Assembly: GCF_004768465.1 (NCBI RefSeq)
Contig: NZ_SRMF01000002.1
Location: forward strand, 520,401 to 552,400
Source: Natronospirillum operosum
GTDB taxonomy: Bacteria > Pseudomonadota > Gammaproteobacteria > Pseudomonadales > Natronospirillaceae
Length of the DNA: 32,000 bases
Reading direction: 5' to 3'
In this document: positions 23,806 through 31,891 of the stretch, one piece after another
Layout of the letters: every line of letters begins with the position of its first letter
Numbering within the stretch: position 1 is the first letter of the stretch
Notes under the pieces: model-generated
Told to the model about the DNA's origin: nothing
Database searches by the model: none
The model's input: only the letters and a program-made list of their open reading frames with translations
Translations under genes and position numbers: made by a program

Positions 23806-25329
23806 ATGCTTGACTGGACGGCGCTGAGCGGAGCCTTCGCTCTGCTTGGCAGCGACATCAACATCTGGCTGGTTATCATACCCGGCCTGATCATAGGTCT
23901 GGTGGCCGGTTCGATAGCCGGCCTGTCCAACTCCATGGCCATGGCCCTGTGCCTGCCACTGACCCTCTACATGGACTTCCTGCCTGCCGTCATGTTCCTG
24001 ACCGCCATATTCACCGGCGGCGGTTTCGGCGGTGCAGTGACCTCCATTCTGATGGGCATCCCAGGCACGACGTCCGCTGTGGCCACCACCTTTGACGGCT
24101 ATCCCATGACCCGCCAGGGTCTGCACAATGAAGCCATGGGCCTGGCACTGATGAGTTCCGTCATCGCGGTGTTCATCGGCTACATCCTGCTGATGTTTGT
24201 GGTAGCACCGCTCGGCGCCTGGGTCATCGGACTCGGACCCGGCGAGATGCTGATGATTGCCATCTGGGGCCTGACCATGATTGCCGCTCTGGGCGGCAAG
24301 GACCTGACCCGAGGGCTGATAGCCGGCGGCTTCGGCCTGATGCTGGGTACGGTCGGCATGAACACCAGCGGCTATACGCGTGGCACCATGGACATCCCCT
24401 TCCTGCTCGACGGTATACCGGTGGTACCTGCCATGATGGGCATGTTCGCCGCCAGTCAGTTGCTGTCACTGGTCGGCAATCAGTTCATCATCAGTGATGA
24501 AGGCGCGCGCCGCGCCGATTTCCGGCGCGTATTTGCCGGCGCGAAACAGGTCCTCAAGGTGCCGTTCTTCCACCTCCGAGGCAGCCTTATCGGTGTCTTT
24601 GTGGGCGCCATCCCGGGTGTGGGCTCTTCTGTGGGCAATCTCATCGCCTATGCCCAGGCCAAACGGACAGATGACGACCCCGAGAGCTATGGCAAGGGCA
24701 ACCCCAAGGGGGTCATTGCGGCAGAATCGGCCAACAGCAGCTCCGAGGGCGGCTCCATGGTGACCATGCTGGCACTGGGCATACCCGGTGGGGCCGGCAC
24801 CGCCATGCTGCTGGCTGCCTTCACGATGCACAATGTGACCGGCGGTCCGCAGTTCATCAACAACAATATGGATATTGTCTACACCATCATTCTGGGCAAT
24901 CTGGCCCAGGTCGTGCTGCTGCTGGGTGTGGGCATGGTGTTTCTGGCCGTGGCGGGCAACATAGTGCGCGTGCCGCTGACCATACTGATTCCCTCGGTCA
25001 TGGTGCTGGCTATTCTGGGATCCTATGCGATCACCGGCGATGTGGCCGGGCCGATCACCCTGTTCGTGTTCGCCGCCCTGGGCTGGCTGATGAAACGCTA
25101 CAAGTATCCGGTCGCGGCCGCTGTCGTGGGCCTGCTGCTGGGCCGCATGGTCGAGACCCAACTGATCCGGACCTATCAGCTCAGCGGTGGCATGGAACTG
25201 CAGTACTTCCTCGAGCGTCCCATCATCATCACGTTCTTCATTCTTCTGGTTCTGTCGCTGCTGCAACCTCTGATTACCCGTCAGATCAAGCAGCGCTGGG
25301 GCCGCAAAAACCTCAAGGCAGGAGTCTGA
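23806..25329 (+). CDS. tctA: TTT large membrane subunit
   Basis: 507 aa polytopic protein with GGGFGGAVTSILMGIPGT and GIPGGAGTAMLLAAF motifs typical of TctA. Confidence 0.9.
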   Translation: MLDWTALSGAFALLGSDINIWLVIIPGLIIGLVAGSIAGLSNSMAMALCLPLTLYMDFLPAVMFLTAIFTGGGFGGAVTSILMGIPGTTSAVATTFDGYPMTRQGLHNEAMGLALMSSVIAVFIGYILLMFVVAPLGAWVIGLGPGEMLMIAIWGLTMIAALGGKDLTRGLIAGGFGLMLGTVGMNTSGYTRGTMDIPFLLDGIPVVPAMMGMFAASQLLSLVGNQFIISDEGARRADFRRVFAGAKQVLKVPFFHLRGSLIGVFVGAIPGVGSSVGNLIAYAQAKRTDDDPESYGKGNPKGVIAAESANSSSEGGSMVTMLALGIPGGAGTAMLLAAFTMHNVTGGPQFINNNMDIVYTIILGNLAQVVLLLGVGMVFLAVAGNIVRVPLTILIPSVMVLAILGSYAITGDVAGPITLFVFAALGWLMKRYKYPVAAAVVGLLLGRMVETQLIRTYQLSGGMELQYFLERPIIITFFILLVLSLLQPLITRQIKQRWGRKNLKAGV

Positions 25330-25332
25330 CAC

Positions 25333-26784
25333 ATGGCAGCAACAGAACTGCATTATCTGACCGCACTTGAACAGGCGGCACTGATTCGGGATCGCAAGAT
25401 CTCTCCGGTGGACCTGGCCGAAGCCAGTCTGGCCAGAATCGAGTCTTCCGACAATCAGCTCAATGCCTGGACTCAGGTAGACCCGGAACAGACACTGGCT
25501 GCGGCCACTGCCGCAGAGCAGGAGATATCGGCCGGGCACTATCGCGGCCCGCTGCACGGGCTCACCTTTGGGGTGAAGGACCAGATGCACACCGATGGAT
25601 TCAAGACCACACTGGCCACCCGGGTTCTGAACGAGGACGAGATGGAGGCCGGCGAACAGGCCACCATCATCAGTCGCCTGCGCGCCTCCGGGGCCATCCT
25701 GCTGGGCAAACAGAACCTGCACGAGTTCGGCAAGGGCGGCACCATCGATTTCCCGTACGGCCAGCCGCGCAACCCATGGAACCTGAAACATACGGCTTCA
25801 AGCTCGTCCTCGGGGTCCGGAATTGCTCCGGCTGCCGGGCACTGCAGTTTCAGTATCGGCGAAGATACCGGCGGCTCCGTGCGCGGCCCCGCATCCTGCA
25901 ATGGCATTGTTGGCCTGCGCCCCACCCATGGTCTGGTCAGTCGCCATGGCGGCGTCATGTACGCCTACACCAGCGATACCTTTGGCCCCATGGCACGCAC
26001 CGTCGCCGATACCGCCGCCGTGCTGCAGGCCATTGCCGGGCATGACCCGCGTGATCCGATCAGCCTGCGCCACCCCGTCCCTGACTACTCGAGCCAGCTC
26101 GACGGCGGCATCAAGGGACTGCGTTTCGCCGTGGTCCGGGAACTGGCCCAGGGCGAGGGCACGGATCCTGAGGTGCGGGCTGCCTTCGATACGGCCGTAG
26201 ACACCCTGCGTGATGCGGGCGCCACTGTCGAGGAGATATCACTGCCACTGGCCAAGTGGGCCGTACCCCTGCAGTTACTGTCGGCTGATGCCGATGTGGC
26301 AGCCCAGTTTCTGGCGCAGTTTCTGCGTGATCGCTATGACCGCTTCGATGTCGGCACCCGCACCCGTCTGGCGGCATCGAGTCTGATCCCGGCCACGGTC
26401 TACAGTCGTGCTATGCGAGCGCGTACTCTGGTTCGGGAGCAGGTACTGGCGGCGACACGTCAGTACGATGCCCTGCTCACGCCCACCAATGTCACGCCCC
26501 CCAAACTGATCGAGGCCAGCCAGGAGAAAGTGGGTGGCAATCATGATGTAGTGAGCCGGCTGATCGAACGCCGCATCTGCCACTATCCGTTCAGCCTTGC
26601 CAATGTGCCGGCCATGTCCGTGCCTTGCGGGTTTGCCCGCAACGGTGGCGTGCCGATCGCCCTGCAGATTGCCGGCAGACCGCTTTCCGAGCCCCTGTTG
26701 TTCCGCATCGGTCATGCCTATCAGCAGCTGACGGACTGGCACCGGCAGCATCCCGATCTTGGCGGAATTACAGCTGCCGCCTGA
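25333..26784 (+). CDS. Amidase-signature (AS) family amidohydrolase (GatA/AtzE-like)
   Basis: 483 aa. Contains the catalytic Lys context FGVKDQ, a Ser-rich signature SSSSSGSGIAPAAG, and the nucleophile context GEDTGGSVRGPAS. It starts 4 nt after the tctA stop. Confidence 0.9.
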   Translation: MAATELHYLTALEQAALIRDRKISPVDLAEASLARIESSDNQLNAWTQVDPEQTLAAATAAEQEISAGHYRGPLHGLTFGVKDQMHTDGFKTTLATRVLNEDEMEAGEQATIISRLRASGAILLGKQNLHEFGKGGTIDFPYGQPRNPWNLKHTASSSSSGSGIAPAAGHCSFSIGEDTGGSVRGPASCNGIVGLRPTHGLVSRHGGVMYAYTSDTFGPMARTVADTAAVLQAIAGHDPRDPISLRHPVPDYSSQLDGGIKGLRFAVVRELAQGEGTDPEVRAAFDTAVDTLRDAGATVEEISLPLAKWAVPLQLLSADADVAAQFLAQFLRDRYDRFDVGTRTRLAASSLIPATVYSRAMRARTLVREQVLAATRQYDALLTPTNVTPPKLIEASQEKVGGNHDVVSRLIERRICHYPFSLANVPAMSVPCGFARNGGVPIALQIAGRPLSEPLLFRIGHAYQQLTDWHRQHPDLGGITAAA

Positions 26785-26835
26785 ATTCCGAGCTGATAAC
26801 GACGCAGCGCTTGCTCAACCTAGAGGAGATCCGTG

Positions 26836-27030
26836 ATGAAAGTGACACTCGATGACGTGCGTACGCTGGCCCGGCTGCAGCAGTTGCAGATTCCGGACAA
26901 CGAACTGGAAAACGTGGCTACTCGACTGAGTACCTGGCTCACTGCCATGGAGCAGATCGAGGCGGAACTGGGCGAGGCCATGAACAATGTCGACCCCATT
27001 CCACCGGTATTCCCGAGAGAAGAGTACTGA
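26836..27030 (+). CDS. GatC-like / AtzG-like small subunit (64 aa)
   Basis: MKVTLDDVRTLARLQQLQIPDNELENVATRLSTWLTAMEQIEAELGEAMNNVDPIPPVF follows the GatC pattern: V..LA.L..L, an acidic linker, a helix, then a V.P tail. A GAGGAG SD lies 7 nt before the ATG at 26836. The ORF track starts at the GTG at 26833. Confidence 0.65.
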   Translation: MKVTLDDVRTLARLQQLQIPDNELENVATRLSTWLTAMEQIEAELGEAMNNVDPIPPVFPREEY

Positions 27031-27035
27031 TTGGA

Positions 27036-27064
27036 GGCTCGGTTCTGTACTGACAAGCCGAGCC
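27036..27064 (+). terminator. Weak hairpin after the GatC-like gene
   Basis: GGCTCGG, a 15-nt loop, then CCGAGCC, beginning 6 nt after the stop. There is no U-tract. Confidence 0.25.
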
Positions 27065-27127
27065 CTGTCATGCTGGAAAACCGACGCTTGTAATTGAGTA
27101 CTTCGGCTAGCTGCGCTATTTTGTATA

Positions 27128-27143
27128 ATATGCAGAGCTGACC
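27128..27143. promoter_or_regulatory. Inverted repeat CTGACC-ATCA-GGTCAG, downstream of a perfect TATAAT (27114-27119) and in front of the HutC-type gntR gene
   Basis: Read directly. GACC/GGTC half-sites are the kind used by HutC-subfamily regulators. I found no convincing -35. Confidence 0.35.
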
Positions 27144-27213
27144 ATCAGGTCAGTCGCCATAGTGAAATCGCTCATGGGTGGCAGTGGTGTTAACCAGAAC
27201 GGAAGCCTGAGAC

Positions 27214-27945
27214 ATGACAGTATTGAAGCCGACCGCACAACCCCTGTACCAACAGGTCAAGCAGCACCTGGTACACAGGGTTCTGACGGGTGAATGGAAA
27301 CCAGGTCAGTTGCTGCCCAGCGAATTCAAACTTGCCGACGAGTACGGCCTCAGCCAGGGTACGGTGCGCAAGGCCATAGAAGATATGGCCAGCGAAGGCC
27401 TGGTCACCCGCCAGGCGGGCAAGGGTACCTTCGTCACCACCCACGACGGTGACTACCATCCTTTCCGTTTCCATCGGTTCTACAGTGATCAGGGGGAACG
27501 CATTGCCAAGGATGAAGCCGTCCTCGTATCGTCCTCGCCGGCCAAGGCCGACACACGCATCGCAAAGGGTCTGGACATCCGCAAGGGTACGGCCGGTTGC
27601 AAAACCGTGCGCATCAGGCAACTGCATGCCGAACCGGCACTGGTGGAAACCTTCTTTCTGATCGACAGTATCTGCCCCGGTGCCCGGGATTTTCTGGAAC
27701 AGGAGAATCCCAAGTCCGTCTACCTGTTCATGGAACGTCATTACAACCTGCTGATCACCAAGGTGCTGGAACAACTGCGAGCCCGATCAGCAACCGAGCA
27801 GGAAGCCGAATTGCTGAATCTGGAGCCCGGAACGCCGGTACTGGAGGTTGAACGCATCGCCTACAGTCTGGGCGGGGAAGCCGTTGAATGGCGTACTATC
27901 GTCGGGGCGACCGACCATATTCACTACCGCAATGAACTTGGCTAG
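27214..27945 (+). CDS. GntR-family regulator, HutC subfamily (UTRA domain)
   Basis: 243 aa. PLYQQVKQHLVHRVLTGEWKPGQLLPSEFKLADEYGLSQGTVRKAIEDMASEGLVTRQAGKGTFV, followed by a UTRA-sized C-terminal domain. Confidence 0.9.
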   Translation: MTVLKPTAQPLYQQVKQHLVHRVLTGEWKPGQLLPSEFKLADEYGLSQGTVRKAIEDMASEGLVTRQAGKGTFVTTHDGDYHPFRFHRFYSDQGERIAKDEAVLVSSSPAKADTRIAKGLDIRKGTAGCKTVRIRQLHAEPALVETFFLIDSICPGARDFLEQENPKSVYLFMERHYNLLITKVLEQLRARSATEQEAELLNLEPGTPVLEVERIAYSLGGEAVEWRTIVGATDHIHYRNELG

Positions 27946-28985
27946 GCCGACCTGCGCGCTACGTGCCGCCGGACCCGGTTCAGTATGAACGGAGCACTGG
28001 AGTTGATCAGTACGCTGCGAAATATCTGATGGAAGGTCACAAAGACCGGGTCCACGCCCAGCACCGCAGCCAGAATGGCCATCTCCGCGATGCCCCCGGG
28101 CACGACAGCGAGCAGGGCTACCGGCAGTGGCACACCGGTCAGCCAGTGGATAATCAGCGCGACCAGCCCGGTAGTGGCCAGTGTCACCAGATTGCCGACC
28201 AGGGCATGGCGCCCGGTACCCAGCAGCGTCGACATCGGCATGCGATAGAAACGCCCGCCAATGGAGGCGCCCAGCACAACGAAGGTCACGGCAAACAGCC
28301 AGTCCGGCAAGGTCACACTGAAGCCGCCCAGTGACAACCCGGCTGCCAGTATCATGGGGCCCGTCAGCTCCGGTATGGGCAGGCGAATCAGACGGCCGAG
28401 GTACCAGGCACCGGGCACGAGCAGCAACGCCCAGAGATGCACTCCCCACCAGTCGATCCCCTGCTCGGCGGCTACCAACCGGCCAGATCCGCTGCCCTGC
28501 CAGAGGGTAAACAGCGGCGGTATGATCAATATGATCAGCGTGATACGAAACAGGTGGGGCAGCACCATCTTTCTGGGGTCCGCCCCCATGTCGATGGCGA
28601 TCATGGGGATGGTACTGATGGCACCGGGCAGCGACGCGGACACGGAGGTCAGGGTATCGAACCGCGCCACATGGCGGTAGTACAGGGTGGACAGCACAGC
28701 CATCAGCATGACACCGGCCACCACCAGGGCCAGACTGACCGGCCACTCTCCCACCCGGCTCAGTGTCTCCGGGTTGACTGCAGCCCCCAGAATAACACCC
28801 ACTGCCATGCGACAGCTGGTCTTGAATGGCTTGGGAATACTGATTTCCACACCACCCAGTGACAGCACCATGGTGAACACCAGAGCGCCCAGCATCCAGG
28901 CCAGGGGTAAATCGAACCAGGCGGCTACTGCTCCACCTGCAAAACCCAGCAGCAGACTGCGGGTCACCTTAAGTGGCTTCGACAT
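27942..28985 (-). CDS. AbrB-family (duplicated AbrB / 'putative ammonia monooxygenase' type) integral membrane protein
   Basis: About 347 aa and highly hydrophobic, with an internally repeated architecture. The N-terminus MSKPLKVTRSLLLGFAGGAVAAWFDLPLAWMLGALV is typical of the family. An alternative start lies at 29006. Confidence 0.8.
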   Translation of the reverse strand: MSKPLKVTRSLLLGFAGGAVAAWFDLPLAWMLGALVFTMVLSLGGVEISIPKPFKTSCRMAVGVILGAAVNPETLSRVGEWPVSLALVVAGVMLMAVLSTLYYRHVARFDTLTSVSASLPGAISTIPMIAIDMGADPRKMVLPHLFRITLIILIIPPLFTLWQGSGSGRLVAAEQGIDWWGVHLWALLLVPGAWYLGRLIRLPIPELTGPMILAAGLSLGGFSVTLPDWLFAVTFVVLGASIGGRFYRMPMSTLLGTGRHALVGNLVTLATTGLVALIIHWLTGVPLPVALLAVVPGGIAEMAILAAVLGVDPVFVTFHQIFRSVLINSSAPFILNRVRRHVARRSA

Positions 28986-28995
28986 GTCCTTGTTG

Positions 28996-29496
28996 TCACT
29001 CCTCATTCTGGTCGGGTGAACCCTGCAAGGGAAACTGCATGGCCTTGATCAATTGCTGTGCCGTCAGCGGCAACTGCTGTCGCTGCCCCAATGAATAGCC
29101 TCTGGCGCGTGCGGCGAACATGTTCTCTGCCTTGCGATAACTGCGACTGCGCCGCCGCAGCAACGTCAGGGCCAACTGGGCCTGCTCGTCATCAATGCTG
29201 CCATCTGTCTGCAACCGATCCAGGCGCTGACAGATATCCATGAAGGCTCGATAACGCTTGCGAAAGGACAACCAGCCGATGGTCGGCATGTGGCGTTCAC
29301 ACTCGTCAGCGGCCCGCTCAGCTTCCGGCCACAGAGCGCGAATTCGTTCACGCTCGCTGGTCGACAGAGGCATCTGTACAGCCAACTCATCCAGAAAATT
29401 GTCCACCTCTGCCACGACCTTCCCCCTAATCACCGGAGCCAATTGAACCCACTGCTGTGGCCAGCATAGCGGTGTCCGACTTGCATGACCAACCAC
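28996..29496 (-). CDS. Hypothetical protein with no recognisable domain (helical, Arg/Gln-rich)
   Basis: The reading frame has host-like codon bias. The ORF-track start at 29496 is a GTG that abuts the AT-rich promoter. A better-supported start is the GTG at 29415 behind AGGGGGAAGG, which gives 139 aa. The first in-frame ATG is at 29373. Confidence 0.5.
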   Translation of the reverse strand: MVGHASRTPLCWPQQWVQLAPVIRGKVVAEVDNFLDELAVQMPLSTSERERIRALWPEAERAADECERHMPTIGWLSFRKRYRAFMDICQRLDRLQTDGSIDDEQAQLALTLLRRRSRSYRKAENMFAARARGYSLGQRQQLPLTAQQLIKAMQFPLQGSPDQNEE

Positions 29497-29600
29497 TATG
29501 AGTTATAAATTATATAAATTTATATTTTATAACAATTATACCGCCATGAAAACCGGACCCCTGCGGCAAGCCGCAGCCGACTGGCTACAGGAGCAGCACC

Positions 29601-30371
29601 ATGCAAAACCGTTCTGAAACCCGGCCGCTGGCAGGCAAGGTCGCTGTGGTGACCGGCAGCGCGCGCAACATCGGCAAGGCCATTGCGATGCGCCTGGCCG
29701 ATGAAGGCGCCGCGCTGGTGATCAATGCACGCACCAGCCAGGCTGAAGTGGAAGCCACCGTGAACGAGATCCGCACTGCCGGAGGGCAGGCCGTTGGCTG
29801 CCTGGCCGATGTGACTCGACCGGCGGATGTGGAACGCCTGATGCACTGTGCTCGGGATGAATTCGGTGGTCTGGACATCCTGGTCAACAACGCAGCCGTT
29901 CGACAGGAAGGTCGTCTGGACACCCTGACGCTGGAAGACTGGCGCTCGGTACTGGCCATTATCCTGGACGGCGCCTTCCTCTGTGCACAGGCCGCTGCTC
30001 CTCTGCTCCGCCAGAGTGACAGCGGCGCCATTGTCAACATTGGCGGCCTCACCGGCAGTTCCGGCGGCAGTGATCGGGCCCACGTCGTGACCGGCAAGGC
30101 CGGACTGATCGGACTGACCAAGGCCCTGGCATGGGACCTCTCCGATGACGGCATCACGGTCAATCTGGTGTCACCTGGCATGGTCGCGACCGACCGCACG
30201 CACAGTTCCTCGGCCGTCAGGCCCAGGCATCATTCCGTACACAAGCCCCTGCTCGGCCGCCGGGGCACACCCGAGGAAATCGCCGGTGTGGTGTACAGCC
30301 TGTGTGGACCGGACGGCCGGTTCATGACGGGACAGACCATTCATGTCAACGGCGGCACCTATCTCCCCTGA
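29601..30371 (+). CDS. SDR-fold protein lacking the canonical catalytic Ser and Tyr
   Basis: 256 aa with TGSARNIGKAIA cofactor motif and NNAA. It has IGG where the catalytic Ser lies, and VVTGK where YxxxK lies. Confidence 0.85.
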   Translation: MQNRSETRPLAGKVAVVTGSARNIGKAIAMRLADEGAALVINARTSQAEVEATVNEIRTAGGQAVGCLADVTRPADVERLMHCARDEFGGLDILVNNAAVRQEGRLDTLTLEDWRSVLAIILDGAFLCAQAAAPLLRQSDSGAIVNIGGLTGSSGGSDRAHVVTGKAGLIGLTKALAWDLSDDGITVNLVSPGMVATDRTHSSSAVRPRHHSVHKPLLGRRGTPEEIAGVVYSLCGPDGRFMTGQTIHVNGGTYLP

Positions 30372-30466
30372 AGTGGGTACTCAAGCACAAACTCGACGCG
30401 GGACATGCAACCCGTGACCTCTCAAGACAAGCCCAGAGCAAGATAAGATTTGACGGAGAAAACATC

Positions 30467-31861
30467 ATGACAACAGCAAAGAAACCCAATGCAAGCCAAC
30501 AGCACTCCGTGTCTGAACAACTGGCAGAGTGGGCCGCCGAGCTGCAGGAAAACGACCTTCCGCAGGCGGTCAGGGATGCCGTTGCCAATACGGTACTGGA
30601 CACCGTTGCACTTTCCATTGCCTCACTGGACACCGACTATGGCCGGGCCGTGGACCAGGCTGCCGACACCCCGGGGGAGTGCACCGTGTTTGGTCACGCC
30701 CAAACCCGCAGCCCCTATGATGCGGCTCTGATCAACGGCACCACGGGCCATGGCGAAGACTTCGACAACACCTATGAAGGATGCCCGGTACATTCCGGTG
30801 TGGTAGTGGTTCCCGCACTGTTTGCTGCCGGTGAGGCCTATCAGCTTTCGGAGGGGCGTGTGGCCCTGGGTCTGGCAGTGGCCATGGAAGTCATGTGCCG
30901 CCTGGGCGTTGTGGCCCGCAAGGGCGTACATACAGCCGGTTTTCACCCCACTTCCGTGCTGGGTACGGTCGCCGCGGCCCTGGGCATTGGCGTTGCTCGA
31001 GGCCAGTCCGCAGAGCAGTTGAAAGACGTTCTGGGTGTATCGGCCAGCATGTCTGCCGGCATTATAGAATACCTGGCCGACGGCTCCTGGACCAAACGCA
31101 TGCATGCGGGTTGGGCGGCACAGTCCGGGCTGCGGGCTGCAGCCATGGGTGGCGCCGGATTCATGGGCCCGGTTTCGGTTTTCGAGGGTGTGCACGGCCT
31201 GTACAGGGCCTTCGCGCCCTCGATTGAGCCAGATCTAAGCGAGCTGCTGGACGATCTGGGTGAGCGCTGGGAAGCAGCCAATGTGGCCTTCAAGCCCTAT
31301 GCCTGCGGCACCATGACGCAACCCTTCATCGACTGTGCGGTCCGCCTCGCCGACCAGGGCATCAAACCCGAGGATGTCGTGGACATCGTCTGCCATGTAG
31401 GGGAAGGCACCGTGCATCGCCTCTGGGAACCGCTTGATCTCAAACAGGCACCGCCGACCCCCTATGCCGCCAAATTCAGCGGCCCTTACACCGTAGCCGC
31501 CGGCCTGCTGTACGGGGATGCTGGTCTGGCAGAATTCACCGAGCGGGCCATCCGCAACAAGGACGTGCTGGATCTTACATCGCGCATTCGCTTCAAGGTG
31601 GACCCCGGCAACGAGTACCCGCACAACTATACCGGTCAGGTGGATGCCAAACTCAAGAACGGCGATGTGGTGACAGAATTTCAGGGCCAGTTGCGCGGTG
31701 GCATACGCGAACCCCTGACGCGCCAGCAACTGCTCACCAAGTGTCAGGCCAATCTGGATTTCGGACAGTGGAAAGGCCTGAATGCGGAGCAGCTCGCCCG
31801 CTATGCGGACGGACTGTTTGGCAGTCAGAAGACCTTCTCTGCTGCGGCCCTCAAGGGCTGA
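30467..31861 (+). CDS. MmgE/PrpD-family protein
   Basis: 464 aa from the ATG at 30467 behind GGAG. The N-terminus LAEWAAELQENDLPQAVRDAVANTVLDTVALSIAS, the later GHGEDFDNTY and the overall length are typical of the PrpD fold. Confidence 0.9.
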   Translation: MTTAKKPNASQQHSVSEQLAEWAAELQENDLPQAVRDAVANTVLDTVALSIASLDTDYGRAVDQAADTPGECTVFGHAQTRSPYDAALINGTTGHGEDFDNTYEGCPVHSGVVVVPALFAAGEAYQLSEGRVALGLAVAMEVMCRLGVVARKGVHTAGFHPTSVLGTVAAALGIGVARGQSAEQLKDVLGVSASMSAGIIEYLADGSWTKRMHAGWAAQSGLRAAAMGGAGFMGPVSVFEGVHGLYRAFAPSIEPDLSELLDDLGERWEAANVAFKPYACGTMTQPFIDCAVRLADQGIKPEDVVDIVCHVGEGTVHRLWEPLDLKQAPPTPYAAKFSGPYTVAAGLLYGDAGLAEFTERAIRNKDVLDLTSRIRFKVDPGNEYPHNYTGQVDAKLKNGDVVTEFQGQLRGGIREPLTRQQLLTKCQANLDFGQWKGLNAEQLARYADGLFGSQKTFSAAALKG

Positions 31862-31891
31862 ACCATGCGCTGCGAGCTGATCCGCTAAGGA

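Noticed and set aside
24466-25791. A 441-aa minus-strand ORF.
   Set aside because: It is antisense to tctA and the amidase, with shadow-frame composition and no motifs. The same reasoning applies to 5622-6662 (+), 9694-10575 (+), 14155-14946 (+), 14633-15691 (-), 20431-21462 (-), 20574-21698 (+), 22147-23136 (-), 27787-28746 (-), 29520-30199 (-) and the many ORFs of 60-190 aa nested in real genes.
25333-27030. The possibility that the amidase and small protein are the GatA/GatC subunits of the tRNA-dependent amidotransferase.
   Set aside because: There is no gatB, the order is A-C instead of C-A-B, and the pair is fused to a TTT transporter operon next to a catabolic-type GntR regulator. I interpret it as a catabolic AtzE/AtzG-like pair instead.
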